NCBI GenBank assembly: GCA_016927655.1 | Contig: JAFGMG010000010.1 | Coordinates: 16,180 to 80,179 of the forward strand | Length of the DNA: 64,000 nt | Origin: Candidatus Dojkabacteria bacterium | GTDB lineage: Bacteria; Patescibacteriota; Dojkabacteria; B142; JAFGMG01 | Reading direction: 5' to 3' | Shown: positions 16,911 to 27,172 of the stretch, piece by piece | Layout of the letters: each line of letters starts with the position of its first letter | Numbering within the stretch: position 1 is the stretch's first letter | Made by a program: the position numbers and the translations under genes | Notes under the pieces: model-generated | The model's input: the letters and a program-made list of their open reading frames with translations, nothing else | The model's database searches: none | What the model was told of the DNA's origin: nothing

Positions 16911-17846
16911 ATGAAACTGTCCTCTCAAAGAAAAACTGCATATTTGTATTTAATTATAAATGCAATATTGTGGGGCGCTAGCCCGCCTATTGTCAAGTTT
17001 GCATTTAATGAAGGCCTTGACGCATTCAGGTTTCTTTTTTACAGATACTTATTTGCTGCTATTCTTGCTATTCCAATATTAATATACTATTGGCCCAAAA
17101 TTAACAGAAAAATCACGAAAATTAGAAAGATTATTCTGCTTGAAATACTTGGGATTACTGTTTCACTTTCACTTTTGTACTATGGCCTTTCAAAGACAAG
17201 CTCCATCGAAGCAAGCTTGATTTCCACTACTACTCCAATACTAGTTACTATGGGTGGTATATGGTTTTTCCGGGAAAGAGAGGAAAAACATGAACTAACA
17301 GGCATGTTTCTAGCCGTTATTGGTACAATTTTGCTGGTTGTTATTCCTGTCTTCGTTGAGAGTGAAACAAAATTTGCATTTTCTCTTGAAGGAAATTTAT
17401 TAGTTCTAGGGCAGTGCATTACCACAGCTGCTTACTTAATAATTGCTAAAAACCTATATAAAAAGCTCCCGCATTTCTTTGTAACCTCCGTGAGCTTTTA
17501 TGTCGGACTAATTTCATTCTTTTTAATTTCCTGGATTGATGCAGGAAGTCTTTCATCTTTATTTGAATTTATGAGCACTGATTTTTCACACCCAAGTTAT
17601 CTATTTGCAAGTATTTACATGGCATTTTTCGGCTCAATCATTGCTGTGTCACTTCTTATCAAGGGCCAGACACTCATAGAAATCTCAGAGTCATCCTTAT
17701 TCACATATCTGCAGCCACTTATCGCAATACCAATCTCAATCCTGTGGCTAGGTGAAAGAGTTATCCCATTTCAATTTATTGCATTGGCAATGGTAGCTAC
17801 TGGAGTTTTTATTGCTAGTAGACGTGGAAAAACCAGCGTTAAATAA
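16911..17846 (+). CDS. EamA/DMT family transporter
   Basis: 10 TM with two EamA repeats (LWG, TP, LGE). Confidence 0.9.
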   Translation: MKLSSQRKTAYLYLIINAILWGASPPIVKFAFNEGLDAFRFLFYRYLFAAILAIPILIYYWPKINRKITKIRKIILLEILGITVSLSLLYYGLSKTSSIEASLISTTTPILVTMGGIWFFREREEKHELTGMFLAVIGTILLVVIPVFVESETKFAFSLEGNLLVLGQCITTAAYLIIAKNLYKKLPHFFVTSVSFYVGLISFFLISWIDAGSLSSLFEFMSTDFSHPSYLFASIYMAFFGSIIAVSLLIKGQTLIEISESSLFTYLQPLIAIPISILWLGERVIPFQFIALAMVATGVFIASRRGKTSVK

Positions 17847-17880
17847 TAAATCTGCTTTGTGTGTAATATAATACAACGAA

Positions 17881-18411
17881 TTACGACATCCCTATTGGGG
17901 CCTCGATGCCCTCAATATATACTATTGACATATTGTCCGGGGCTTCAGTATGAACAAAAGTATAGCCGCTTTCTTCTTTCGAACTATCTTTTTGGAAATA
18001 TTCTTCAAAAGCCGGAAAAATACATATATACATCACATCATCTAAATCAAAATAATTTGCATCAGAAACAAATTCCACTAAATCGCCAATTGTTCTATCA
18101 CTACAGAAAATGTCATATCCCCCATAGTCCTCATATCTATATTTATCAACGTGAATATATCTGTCACTGATTGGTCCAACTAAACACGCATCAACCATAC
18201 CGGTTATATTATTTTTATAAACCACAGCTAGATTAAACTCGCCATCTTTTGGGAATAGCATTTCACTTCTTGCTTCTATGGCTCTGGTTTTCAGCAGATG
18301 CTTCAATTCTAGATCTACAGCTTGTGTTACTTCAGCAATTTCAAAGGCACGAGAGGATGCACCTGGTCGATTAAATTCTCTTGGATTTTCTAGATCAACC
18401 CAATTACTCAT
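17881..18411 (-). CDS. Hypothetical acidic protein
   Basis: 176 aa ORF filling the gap. Confidence 0.6.
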   Translation of the reverse strand: MSNWVDLENPREFNRPGASSRAFEIAEVTQAVDLELKHLLKTRAIEARSEMLFPKDGEFNLAVVYKNNITGMVDACLVGPISDRYIHVDKYRYEDYGGYDIFCSDRTIGDLVEFVSDANYFDLDDVMYICIFPAFEEYFQKDSSKEESGYTFVHTEAPDNMSIVYIEGIEAPIGMS

Positions 18412-18543
18412 TTACTTTTTGCAAACCTAAATTAAAATAGTATATATGCATTATATACCTTTTGAGTAATATTCTCAATATATAGCTTGCGAAATTATAC
18501 ATTTCATCTTATAGTTAATTAATACTTTTTTATAAATTTTTCT

Positions 18544-19371
18544 ATGAAATTTCAAAACAAGAACATCCTTATAACGGGAGCATCTTCAGGGATAGGCGCT
18601 GCATTTGCGAAGCAAGTAGCAGAAGACAAGTGTAATATCGTACTCGCCTCACGCAATATATCAAAACTTAAAAAAACTGCTGAAATGGTAGAGAATCTCG
18701 GAAGCACAGCAATTATAATACAAACCGACGTTACTAAGGAAGATGAAATCAGGAACCTTTTTTTAGAAGCTAAAAGAAAACTTGGCACAATAGATTTAGT
18801 ATTCAACAATGCAGGGCTTGGCCATATAGCAAAGATTCATGAGCTAACAGTTGACCAGATTAGACAGATAATTGATGTAAATGTATTTGGAATGATCACA
18901 GTCTCAAAATTTGCAGCCGAAGTCTTTACCAGGCAGAAGTCAGGCCACTTGATAATGACCTCATCTCTTGCAGGCCTTATAACATTGCCTGAGTGGTCAG
19001 TGTATGTAGCTTCAAAGTGGGCAATTCTTGGATTTGCAGACAGTATGCGCCAGGAAATGAAGCAATACAATGTAAAGGTCACTACACTTCACCCCGGTGC
19101 AGTTAGCACTGAATTTTTCGACAAGGACAAGGCCGATATTGATATTAAAGAAGCCGGCCAGGCGATAAGCCCGGAAAAAGTTTCCGAAGCACTCTACAAA
19201 GCGAGTTTTACGAACAAGAATCGAATTTTGATACCATCAAGCACCAAAATGTATGCATTCTTGTACAAATATGCGCCATCTTTGGTTAAATACCTGATTA
19301 GTACGCAGACGTCTAAGGTCAAATATCACGAGAATATCCAGGAGGACGAACCTGAATTTGACAAAGATTAG
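18544..19371 (+). CDS. SDR family oxidoreductase
   Basis: TGASSGIG, NNAG and YVASK motifs. Confidence 0.93.
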   Translation: MKFQNKNILITGASSGIGAAFAKQVAEDKCNIVLASRNISKLKKTAEMVENLGSTAIIIQTDVTKEDEIRNLFLEAKRKLGTIDLVFNNAGLGHIAKIHELTVDQIRQIIDVNVFGMITVSKFAAEVFTRQKSGHLIMTSSLAGLITLPEWSVYVASKWAILGFADSMRQEMKQYNVKVTTLHPGAVSTEFFDKDKADIDIKEAGQAISPEKVSEALYKASFTNKNRILIPSSTKMYAFLYKYAPSLVKYLISTQTSKVKYHENIQEDEPEFDKD

Positions 19372-19412
19372 AATTTTTTAACTAGCATTTAATTAGTTGT
19401 TAAATTTTAAAA

Positions 19413-19913
19413 GTGAAAGATAAATTCTTTTACATTACAGTTGCCGTATTTCTTCTCACTTTAGGTATAACGGGCTTTCTTTATTACAATATGAGCCTAA
19501 AATCTGTTGTAGAATACGACAATGCATTTATTGATAGCAGGAACGATGTAATCTCTCAAATTGATACCCTTTCAAACACCCTTAATACTGCTGATGATGA
19601 AGAAACAGTTGACGGGCAGATACAATTATTAGTTTCAAAAAGAGCTGCTCTTGAAGAAATTTTTAATAATGAGAGCCATCCAAACAGAAACGGAGAGGAA
19701 ATAGTTGCCGCAAATAAGAACTTTCTTGACAAAACACAGGAAATTATAATTCTCGCACAAGAATATAGAAATTCATTTATGGATGATACAGTTGATCCAG
19801 TCGAGAAAATGACTGCCTACAATGCAAAAGTATCAGAACTAAACACGATCATTGATCAGATCAGGCAGATACTTGATGAAAATAACAGCGGGCTACTTTC
19901 TGAGTTTATTTAA
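19413..19913 (+). CDS. Membrane-anchored helical hypothetical protein
   Basis: N-terminal TM followed by coiled-coil-like helices. Confidence 0.7.
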   Translation: MKDKFFYITVAVFLLTLGITGFLYYNMSLKSVVEYDNAFIDSRNDVISQIDTLSNTLNTADDEETVDGQIQLLVSKRAALEEIFNNESHPNRNGEEIVAANKNFLDKTQEIIILAQEYRNSFMDDTVDPVEKMTAYNAKVSELNTIIDQIRQILDENNSGLLSEFI

Positions 19914-20129
19914 CTCTTTGAGCAAACTCTCCTGTTCAGCTTCATCAAGACCGTGTACAATCATTCCCTCCCCTAGTGTCTCCATATACGAAAGTGGGCA
20001 CCCGATACAATGAAACCCATATTCCTCTACTAAATAATCTGCCATCTCAGGGAACCTCTCGGTAATCTCAATGATTGGGATATCTCTAGTAATTTCAAAA
20101 TCTGTTTTTGATTTAGTGCTGCTAGCCAT
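19893..20129 (-). CDS. DUF1858 (hybrid-cluster-associated redox disulfide) domain protein
   Basis: GFHCIGCPLSYMETLGEG...HGLD motif. Confidence 0.85.
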   Translation of the reverse strand: MASSTKSKTDFEITRDIPIIEITERFPEMADYLVEEYGFHCIGCPLSYMETLGEGMIVHGLDEAEQESLLKELNKLRK

Positions 20130-20188
20130 TAGTCTTGAATTTATTATACAATGAATCTGCAAATTTGCATTTTAACTTGGACTTTCTA

Positions 20189-21376
20189 ATGGCACGGACT
20201 AGATCACGAAAAACTTTCAGAAGAACAATTTCCAATCGGACAGCAAAAGAACCTGATTTTCCCCTAATGATCGTTATTGGCTTCCTCCTGATGTTTGGCT
20301 GGATAATGGTATACAGTTCAAGCGTGATAGTTGCATTCAGCCAGGACTTGACACCCTGGTTCTATTTTCTACGGCAGTTGCTTTGGATAATAATGGGAAT
20401 TATCTTTGGGTATATAGTTTATCGATTTGATTACAAACGTCTTCCTCAAATTGCAACTATACTTATAATTACAGCAATAATTCTGCTTGTGACTGTTCTT
20501 ATTGCAGGAGTCAGCATCAATGGCTCCCAGCGATGGATTAGATTGCCGTTCTTTGATTTGCAGCCCTCTGAATTTGCCAAGCTGGCTTTTGTAATTTATT
20601 TATCAAGCTGGCTATCAAGAAAAAGACCGATAAATAAATTCAAAAGCCAGCTAGGAAATTACTTTTTGACTGAAATGCTTCCGTTCCTGGCTGTACTAGG
20701 GACAATTTTGGTTTTGATTCTCATTGAGCCTGATTTGGGCACAACAGGCATAATAGCACTCACTGCTATGTCAATGTATTTCATTGCAGGCTCGGGGCTT
20801 GCACACAACCTCGGTATGAGCGTCCTTGTGATATTTTCATTGTTAATCGGCTCTCTTGCAGCAATTCTTGAAAGCTACAGGCTCGAAAGAATAAAAACCT
20901 ACATCTCTGTTATTCAGACAGGATTACCTGAAGATAAACTTGGAGCTGGCTACCAGTTGAGTCAGGTACTCACCGCAGTTGGTTCGGGGGGACTTTGGGG
21001 ACTAGGTTTTGGGCAATCAAAGCAAAAATTTAATTATTTAGGAGAAACCGCATTTAGCGATACAATTTTTGCTGTTATTGCTGAAGAATTCGGTTTTCTC
21101 GGATCGCTTATTATCATTTCGGCCTTTCTATATATTGCAATACGCGGTCTAAAAATTGCCAGAAATGCGCCTGATCAATTATCTTCATTGCTGGCTGCAG
21201 GCATTACTATCTGGATATCTTCTCAGGCATTTTTGAATATTGCAGCAAACGTTGGTTTAATTCCACTTACTGGAATTCCTTTACCATTTATCAGTTATGG
21301 CGGAAGCTCAATGATCGTTACCCTTGTTGGGGTTGGACTCTTGTTAAATGTCAGCAGATACGCTAAGCTTGATTAA
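20189..21376 (+). CDS. ftsW: Cell division SEDS protein FtsW
   Basis: GSQRWI...QPSEFAK, EPDLGT, GYQ, SDTIFAVIAEEFG and PFISYGGSS. Near murG. Confidence 0.9.
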   Translation: MARTRSRKTFRRTISNRTAKEPDFPLMIVIGFLLMFGWIMVYSSSVIVAFSQDLTPWFYFLRQLLWIIMGIIFGYIVYRFDYKRLPQIATILIITAIILLVTVLIAGVSINGSQRWIRLPFFDLQPSEFAKLAFVIYLSSWLSRKRPINKFKSQLGNYFLTEMLPFLAVLGTILVLILIEPDLGTTGIIALTAMSMYFIAGSGLAHNLGMSVLVIFSLLIGSLAAILESYRLERIKTYISVIQTGLPEDKLGAGYQLSQVLTAVGSGGLWGLGFGQSKQKFNYLGETAFSDTIFAVIAEEFGFLGSLIIISAFLYIAIRGLKIARNAPDQLSSLLAAGITIWISSQAFLNIAANVGLIPLTGIPLPFISYGGSSMIVTLVGVGLLLNVSRYAKLD

Positions 21377-21403
21377 TCTGTTTTGATATATTAGAACAAT
21401 TTT

Positions 21404-22753
21404 ATGAAAAAAGTTCTTGCCTCGAGCTTGGTTCTTCTTTTTGTTGCAGTTATTTCTCCTTTATACGCAGTCGATCCGACCACCTCAATAACTGCTTATG
21501 CCAAAACATCAGACAACCTGCCAGTTGAAGGTCTGAGTATTTCAATATCAAAAACCCCCTTTAGTGATGCCGGAGTTACAGATGCTCAAGGCAAATACAT
21601 ATTTGATCTCAGCTCAGAGGGTGCTGGCGATTATACGGTTACAATCAGCCTTAGTGGGTCTAATTATGAACTGGTTAGCGGAGAACAAGCCAGCAAATCT
21701 GTTCCAGTACTTGAGAATGAATCCAAATCAGTATATTTTGGAGTTAAAGAAAAAACGACTCCTGATCCTGAGGATGAAACAACAACTATCTCAATTCCAA
21801 GTGAATTTTATGCAACAGGCAGCAAAACTACAGTTCTTAAGGACATGTCATCAGATCAGCTAAAAAGTGTTTCTGACTTTACACTTCATAAACCTGGCCT
21901 TGCTAAAATCGAATACTCCGGGGAACTGGATTTAAGCTCCACTTCTATAATCAACAAATTAAAATCATTAGATCAATACGTCTTTATTGAAATTCCGGGC
22001 GAAGTAACTGTCGCCAGCGATCTTGTTCCTGAACTTGATGCTCCTGCTACAGTTACATTTGAAGGATTAAATTTTATTCAACTTTCTCAAGGATACACGC
22101 CACAGATTATGCAGGACGATCAAGAAGCTGGAGGTGGTGTCAGCAATGTTTCTTTAATAAATGGAGATAAAATCTCATTTGACGTTGATGGCTTTTCTAC
22201 ATATGCAGTCAGACCGACATTTGAATTTGAAGAGAATGAGATTGAAACTACAGAAACGTCTTATACTTTGCAGGGCAAAATTGATGATCTTGATGCTCAA
22301 ATTTCAATTTATATAAATGATGAAAGTCAGGACATTGAAATTTCAATAAATGACAATGGAGAGTTTGAAATTCCGATTGAGCTTAGTGAAATGGAAAATA
22401 TTGTACAGATTCTTGCTGTTGGTGTTTCTGAACAAACTTACTCTGAAGTAGTAAAAATTACAAATCCGAATCTTGAAGAAGCAGCCCCAGAAAGCAGCGG
22501 AATGAAAATTTCTCTTACAATGATTTTTGGTATTCTACTTCTAGCAATGGCTATTGGTGGTGGAATAGGATACTATTATTATAATAGAAGACAAAAGACT
22601 AAACTAAAAAAACCAGCAGCAAAATATGATAGCCGTCTTCTGACTCCGGAGGAACGAAAGACACTATCAAGCGAGACCACACAAACACGTCTTGATAAAA
22701 AACCTGATAAGCAATCCAATGATGCTGAAGAAAAACAAATTCCAAAACTTTGA
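21404..22753 (+). CDS. Secreted/surface beta-sandwich protein with a C-terminal TM anchor
   Basis: Signal peptide, TDAQGKY carboxypeptidase-regulatory-like repeat, Ig-like segment, TM and basic tail. Confidence 0.7.
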   Translation: MKKVLASSLVLLFVAVISPLYAVDPTTSITAYAKTSDNLPVEGLSISISKTPFSDAGVTDAQGKYIFDLSSEGAGDYTVTISLSGSNYELVSGEQASKSVPVLENESKSVYFGVKEKTTPDPEDETTTISIPSEFYATGSKTTVLKDMSSDQLKSVSDFTLHKPGLAKIEYSGELDLSSTSIINKLKSLDQYVFIEIPGEVTVASDLVPELDAPATVTFEGLNFIQLSQGYTPQIMQDDQEAGGGVSNVSLINGDKISFDVDGFSTYAVRPTFEFEENEIETTETSYTLQGKIDDLDAQISIYINDESQDIEISINDNGEFEIPIELSEMENIVQILAVGVSEQTYSEVVKITNPNLEEAAPESSGMKISLTMIFGILLLAMAIGGGIGYYYYNRRQKTKLKKPAAKYDSRLLTPEERKTLSSETTQTRLDKKPDKQSNDAEEKQIPKL

Positions 22754-23939
22754 AAAGCGACAGAAAAGAATATTAATTATCGGCGGACACATGACTCCCG
22801 CACTTGCTGTTGCAGATGAGCTAATCGAGATAGGATATAGCAATATTTTATGGGTCGGCCATAAACGTTCGCAAACTGGAGACAGGAATTTGAGCGCAGA
22901 ATACAGGGAAGTTGCAAGAAGGAATATTCGCTTTATTACCTTGCACACAGGGAAGATATGGCGCAGATGGACGTTTGCCACATTTGATAAAGCTTTGCTG
23001 AATCTGATCAAAATTCCATTTGGTTTTTTTCAGGCATTTTTAATTTTGATTCTTTATAGACCTTCAATCATCATGTCATTTGGCGGATACCTCTCTGTAC
23101 CACTTGTCCTCAACTTTCTACCTAACCGATTTAACAAAACAAAAATTTATATTCACTCACAGACTATTCGGCCTGATCTTTCAATTAGACTTACAAACAG
23201 GTTTGCTAAAAAGCTCTTCCTTACCTGGGAGAATGCTAAGAGATATTATAAACACAAAAACATCGAAGTTGTGGGTACTCCGCTAAATAAATTTTTACTA
23301 GAGCCTGTCAAAAGCGATGGCGGAGATAAGTTATTTGATAACGATTTGCCAATATTGCTTGTGATGGGCGGCAATCAGGGGGCAAATACTTTTAACAGAC
23401 GACTTAATCCTCCAATTCTGGAAAAATATCTGAAGATATTTAATGTCATTCATCAGACCGGATCAAGTACTGTTACTAATGATTATCAGAAAGCCCTGGC
23501 GAATAAGGAGCATTTGGAAGATCCATTTAAATCAAGATATCTAGTTTTACCTTATATTCTGCCAGAACAGCTGAATCAAGTATATGCCCAAGCTTCATTG
23601 ATCCTTGCCAGATCCGGCGCCAATACCGTTCAGGAGATTATGTTCAAAGGTGTGCCGGCAATTCTTATGCCTATCCCATGGTCACAAAACAATGAACAGC
23701 TTGAAAATGCCAAAATTGCAGAGAGAACAGGACTTGCAAAGTTATTTGAATTCAAGGACGGATTGAAGCCTGAGAGTCTTTTTAGGGAGATATCCCTTGG
23801 ATTAGAGCAGATTCAAAAGCGTGAATCATTTAAAGCTGACACAAGCTGGGTCAAAGCTAAGCAAAAAGCTAATGCGCTGATCAAGACAGATAGCGTAAAA
23901 AGAATTCTAGCAGCTATCGAAGAGATTCATGTTATTTAG
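22719..23939 (+). CDS. murG: UDP-GlcNAc:lipid I transferase MurG
   Basis: GGHMTPALA, FGGYLSVP, GGNQGA, RSGANT and EQLENA motifs. Confidence 0.9.
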   Translation: MMLKKNKFQNFEKRQKRILIIGGHMTPALAVADELIEIGYSNILWVGHKRSQTGDRNLSAEYREVARRNIRFITLHTGKIWRRWTFATFDKALLNLIKIPFGFFQAFLILILYRPSIIMSFGGYLSVPLVLNFLPNRFNKTKIYIHSQTIRPDLSIRLTNRFAKKLFLTWENAKRYYKHKNIEVVGTPLNKFLLEPVKSDGGDKLFDNDLPILLVMGGNQGANTFNRRLNPPILEKYLKIFNVIHQTGSSTVTNDYQKALANKEHLEDPFKSRYLVLPYILPEQLNQVYAQASLILARSGANTVQEIMFKGVPAILMPIPWSQNNEQLENAKIAERTGLAKLFEFKDGLKPESLFREISLGLEQIQKRESFKADTSWVKAKQKANALIKTDSVKRILAAIEEIHVI

Positions 23940-24281
23940 CCCTGTATTTATCACACGGATTATCTGATTTAGTGAGCGGGTATCCGCATTAATGAATTCT
24001 CCGCCATTCCAAACGGAAGCATTCTCTACATTCCAAATATTCACATTCCTTTTTAAGGTCAGACTAAAAGGAAATGGGTTTTGAGAATTCTGGAAAATCA
24101 ATTCACTCCTTTCTTCATATAACATGCATGTCAAACCATGACAATTAATTTCTAGGAAAGAATGATCAACACCGGGTTCTTCTAGGAATCCCAAATCAAA
24201 GAAATTATCATCAATTGAAATCATGCATTCTCCTGTAGGAGCACTCTCCGGGCAGTTATTGTCCCGAAGTATTGTCAACAT
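23907..24281 (-). CDS. Hypothetical protein
   Basis: 124 aa ORF directly downstream of galU on the same strand. Confidence 0.55.
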   Translation of the reverse strand: MLTILRDNNCPESAPTGECMISIDDNFFDLGFLEEPGVDHSFLEINCHGLTCMLYEERSELIFQNSQNPFPFSLTLKRNVNIWNVENASVWNGGEFINADTRSLNQIIRVINTGLNNMNLFDSC

Positions 24282-24286
24282 CCAAT

Positions 24287-25120
24287 TTATTTCCCTATAA
24301 ATTTCAAATATTCAATATACGCTTTGATGTAGTTTTCCGGATCTCCAGTTGTCATCCACTTTGAGTCAACTTTAACCACTTTTACACGTCCGATTTTTGC
24401 CAGCTTATCAATTGCATCGGCTGTCCATAATTCCCCATCCTTCCCAGTGTATTCAGAAACAAGATAATCAAATACTTTCGGTGTAAGAAGGTATCTTCCG
24501 TATGATGCTAACAAGCTGGGAGCCTTTTCTGCATCTGGTTTTTCAATAAGCTCATCAAGAAATTCTTCTGATTCGGTCTTAAATCTGACGCTTGCGTATT
24601 TTACAATTTCATCTCTGCTTACCTTCTGTACCGCAATAAGCCCGTCAATACTTCTGTCTTTATTATACTCTTCAACCAAAGCCTTCACAGCACCATTTCG
24701 TCCCAGAACAATGTCATCACTATACATATACAAAAATGCTTCTTCTCCATTTAAGAATTCTCTGGCAGAAAGCAAAGGCGAACCATTCCCATAAGGCAGA
24801 CTCTGGTCCTGGGTAATCACGTTAATTTTGGGGAAATCAAGCACTTCTTGCACTGGCTTATATCTTTCAGCTTTACCCTGCGCGGCAAGCTGCTTTCTAA
24901 TTCTATTAACTGCGTTATTGAAATAATCATCGTAAATTGGTTTGCCTTCAGGTGTTGCGACGATAACTATTTCTTCAATACCGGCTTCGACACATTCTTC
25001 AACTACAAGCTGCATTATCGGTTTATTGTGCATAGGAAGCATTCCTTTTGGTATAGTTTTTGTAATAGGAAGATATCTGCTGGCAAATCCCGCATCGGTA
25101 ATAACAGCTTTTCTTACCAT
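24287..25120 (-). CDS. galU: UTP-glucose-1-phosphate uridylyltransferase-like nucleotidyltransferase
   Basis: KAVITDAGFASRYLPITKTIPKGMLP, EKP and GRYLL motifs. Confidence 0.8.
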   Translation of the reverse strand: MVRKAVITDAGFASRYLPITKTIPKGMLPMHNKPIMQLVVEECVEAGIEEIVIVATPEGKPIYDDYFNNAVNRIRKQLAAQGKAERYKPVQEVLDFPKINVITQDQSLPYGNGSPLLSAREFLNGEEAFLYMYSDDIVLGRNGAVKALVEEYNKDRSIDGLIAVQKVSRDEIVKYASVRFKTESEEFLDELIEKPDAEKAPSLLASYGRYLLTPKVFDYLVSEYTGKDGELWTADAIDKLAKIGRVKVVKVDSKWMTTGDPENYIKAYIEYLKFIGK

Positions 25121-25165
25121 TGTTGTTATGACTAACAATTATGCAGGCAGTATACATTGTTGGTA

Positions 25166-25194
25166 TTGACAAAACAACATACGGACCTTAATAT
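25166..25194 (+). promoter_or_regulatory. Sigma70-type promoter
   Basis: TTGACA-17 bp-TAATAT upstream of 25229. Confidence 0.6.
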
Positions 25195-25228
25195 GAGGAC
25201 GTCCCAGAGATTTCCTGGAATAAGTTAA

Positions 25229-25921
25229 TTGAAGCGGGTCTTCCGCAGATTATTGACAAAAAAAGTCAAAAAAATTACACGAGCGGCCATCAGAAGGCCA
25301 GCTTTTACTTTTAAAATCTCGATCATTTTCTTTGGTGCTGCTTTGATATTTGTAGCTCTTGCAGCCAATAACACAACAGAGGCAGAAACTTCAAATAGCT
25401 CAAAAATCTTTGGAATATCTACCACAGATTCTTTTTCTGAATTCAAAGAGCTTAATGCACCGACATTTACAACTCAATCTATAGCTATTGCTGAACAGAG
25501 AAAGCAGGCGGAAATCGCAAGGGTTGCCGCAATTAAAAAAGCTCAGGAGGAGAAAATGAAGCATGTAAATAAGATCAATAGCTTCCTAACGAAGAAGCGC
25601 TCACCTGTAGCAAATACTAAAATTGCAGATATGCTTTACGATAATTATAAATCTACAGGAACGGACTACAGAATTCTTCTGGCTATAATGGGTGTGGAAT
25701 CCGGCTTTTGCAATGCCTCATTCAGCTATAACTGTTTTGGATATTTAAATGGTGCTCGCTACCCAAACTACGAAGCAGCTTTCAAGGATTTAATTCCTAA
25801 AATTTCTAATCAGTATGTAAAACCGTATGGCACTGATTTTGAAGCATTAGCAAAAGCCTATGGTATGGTTAACTGGCAAGCAGGAGCCGCGAACATGCGC
25901 GGCTACTACGATAGCATCTAG
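25229..25921 (+). CDS. Membrane-anchored lysozyme-like (glucosaminidase/transglycosylase-like) protein
   Basis: TM, coiled coil, then DYRILLAIMGVESG...YNCFGY, a lysozyme-like catalytic motif. Confidence 0.7.
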   Translation: MKRVFRRLLTKKVKKITRAAIRRPAFTFKISIIFFGAALIFVALAANNTTEAETSNSSKIFGISTTDSFSEFKELNAPTFTTQSIAIAEQRKQAEIARVAAIKKAQEEKMKHVNKINSFLTKKRSPVANTKIADMLYDNYKSTGTDYRILLAIMGVESGFCNASFSYNCFGYLNGARYPNYEAAFKDLIPKISNQYVKPYGTDFEALAKAYGMVNWQAGAANMRGYYDSI

Positions 25922-25924
25922 CTT

Positions 25925-26203
25925 TTATTCTACTGCTTCCTCCTGCTTTTTTTGTGCCTCATATTCTTTATAACTTTCCAAAGCCTCCGGATTAAGCTGA
26001 CCTAGGATCTCCAGTCCCTTTGTTCTGATTTCACTTGTTGCAATAACTCCATCAACTGCAGCTTCCTGGGCCCAAGTCTCGACTTGTGCTGTTAAATCCT
26101 CTGCCTGTTCTTCGGTTGCCCCAGCCTTCATTACACCGTTTTTAATCTTGTTTCTGTCAAAAGGCTCAGTAGTCCCATCAGTTTTTCTTACCATTAAATC
26201 CAT
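25925..26203 (-). CDS. Stand-alone ATP-cone domain protein
   Basis: VRKTDGTTEPFDRNKI...TSEIR. A strong SD GAAAGGAGGTG lies 6 nt before ATG 26203. Confidence 0.85.
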   Translation of the reverse strand: MDLMVRKTDGTTEPFDRNKIKNGVMKAGATEEQAEDLTAQVETWAQEAAVDGVIATSEIRTKGLEILGQLNPEALESYKEYEAQKKQEEAVE

Positions 26204-26274
26204 ATTGTTCACCTCCTTTCTTTTAGTATTCTTTGCTTTAATCTTGAATTTATATACAATAGCACAATTATAAA

Positions 26275-27126
26275 ATGAATGAAATGGCTATATTTCTAGC
26301 AATTATTGCATCCATAAATTTTGCATTTTCATCAATCTTCATGAAAAAAAGTTTCAGAGACTTCACACCCGCTGTTTCTTTGGGCTTTTTTACCTTTTTT
26401 GTAATTATAGTCTGGTCGCTGACTGGACTTGGATTTGGTATTACAATATCTGATTTTCCAAAAGCCTTTGCTTATGGATTGATTGGCGCCACATTTGCTC
26501 AGGGTGTGTATATTTACGTTTTATCAAAAGGAGAGCTAAGTATCACAAGTACAATTTTAGCCAGTTATCCAATCTATACTGTTATAAGCTCGCTTCTCCT
26601 CCTTGGAGAATCTATAACGGCTTTTCAGGCACTTTTTATAGGCTTAAATATCCTAGGGACGCTAGTGGTTTCTTTACCGCAAAAGTTTAGTAAACAAGAT
26701 CTTGGTAATTTTAGTTATATACTATGGCCGATACTTGGTGCAATTTCAGTAGGACTTTCCGACACGGTTTCTAAAAATGCCATCGATACAATTGATCTTG
26801 GGACTTATCTTTTTGCACTCGCCTGGGCTCATATTCCAGTTACGGTTTTTGGTCTTTTCCTTAGTAAGGAATACAAAGCATTTAAATTCAAATGGAGCGA
26901 ACATAAATTTTCAGTTTTAGGTGCTTCAATTCTCTGTGTTGGGACCTTATTTCTATACATTTCCTTCAACTACGGCCAGGCATCTCTTGTAGCTCCGGTT
27001 ACCGCCAGTTATCCAGTTCTAATTGTAGTGCTCTCGTTTATGTTTCTAAAGGAAAAACTAGCACTAAAAGACCTGATCGGCCTTACAATGGCAATAATCG
27101 GTGTTATCGGGATAAGTTTGGTCTAG
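26275..27126 (+). CDS. EamA/DMT family transporter
   Basis: Two EamA repeats (GELS...SYP...LGE; GQASLVAP...SYP...LKE). Confidence 0.88.
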   Translation: MNEMAIFLAIIASINFAFSSIFMKKSFRDFTPAVSLGFFTFFVIIVWSLTGLGFGITISDFPKAFAYGLIGATFAQGVYIYVLSKGELSITSTILASYPIYTVISSLLLLGESITAFQALFIGLNILGTLVVSLPQKFSKQDLGNFSYILWPILGAISVGLSDTVSKNAIDTIDLGTYLFALAWAHIPVTVFGLFLSKEYKAFKFKWSEHKFSVLGASILCVGTLFLYISFNYGQASLVAPVTASYPVLIVVLSFMFLKEKLALKDLIGLTMAIIGVIGISLV

Positions 27127-27172
27127 CCCTCCTTGCCTGGATAAATCATGTGCGTTATAGTGAAACCGTCTA

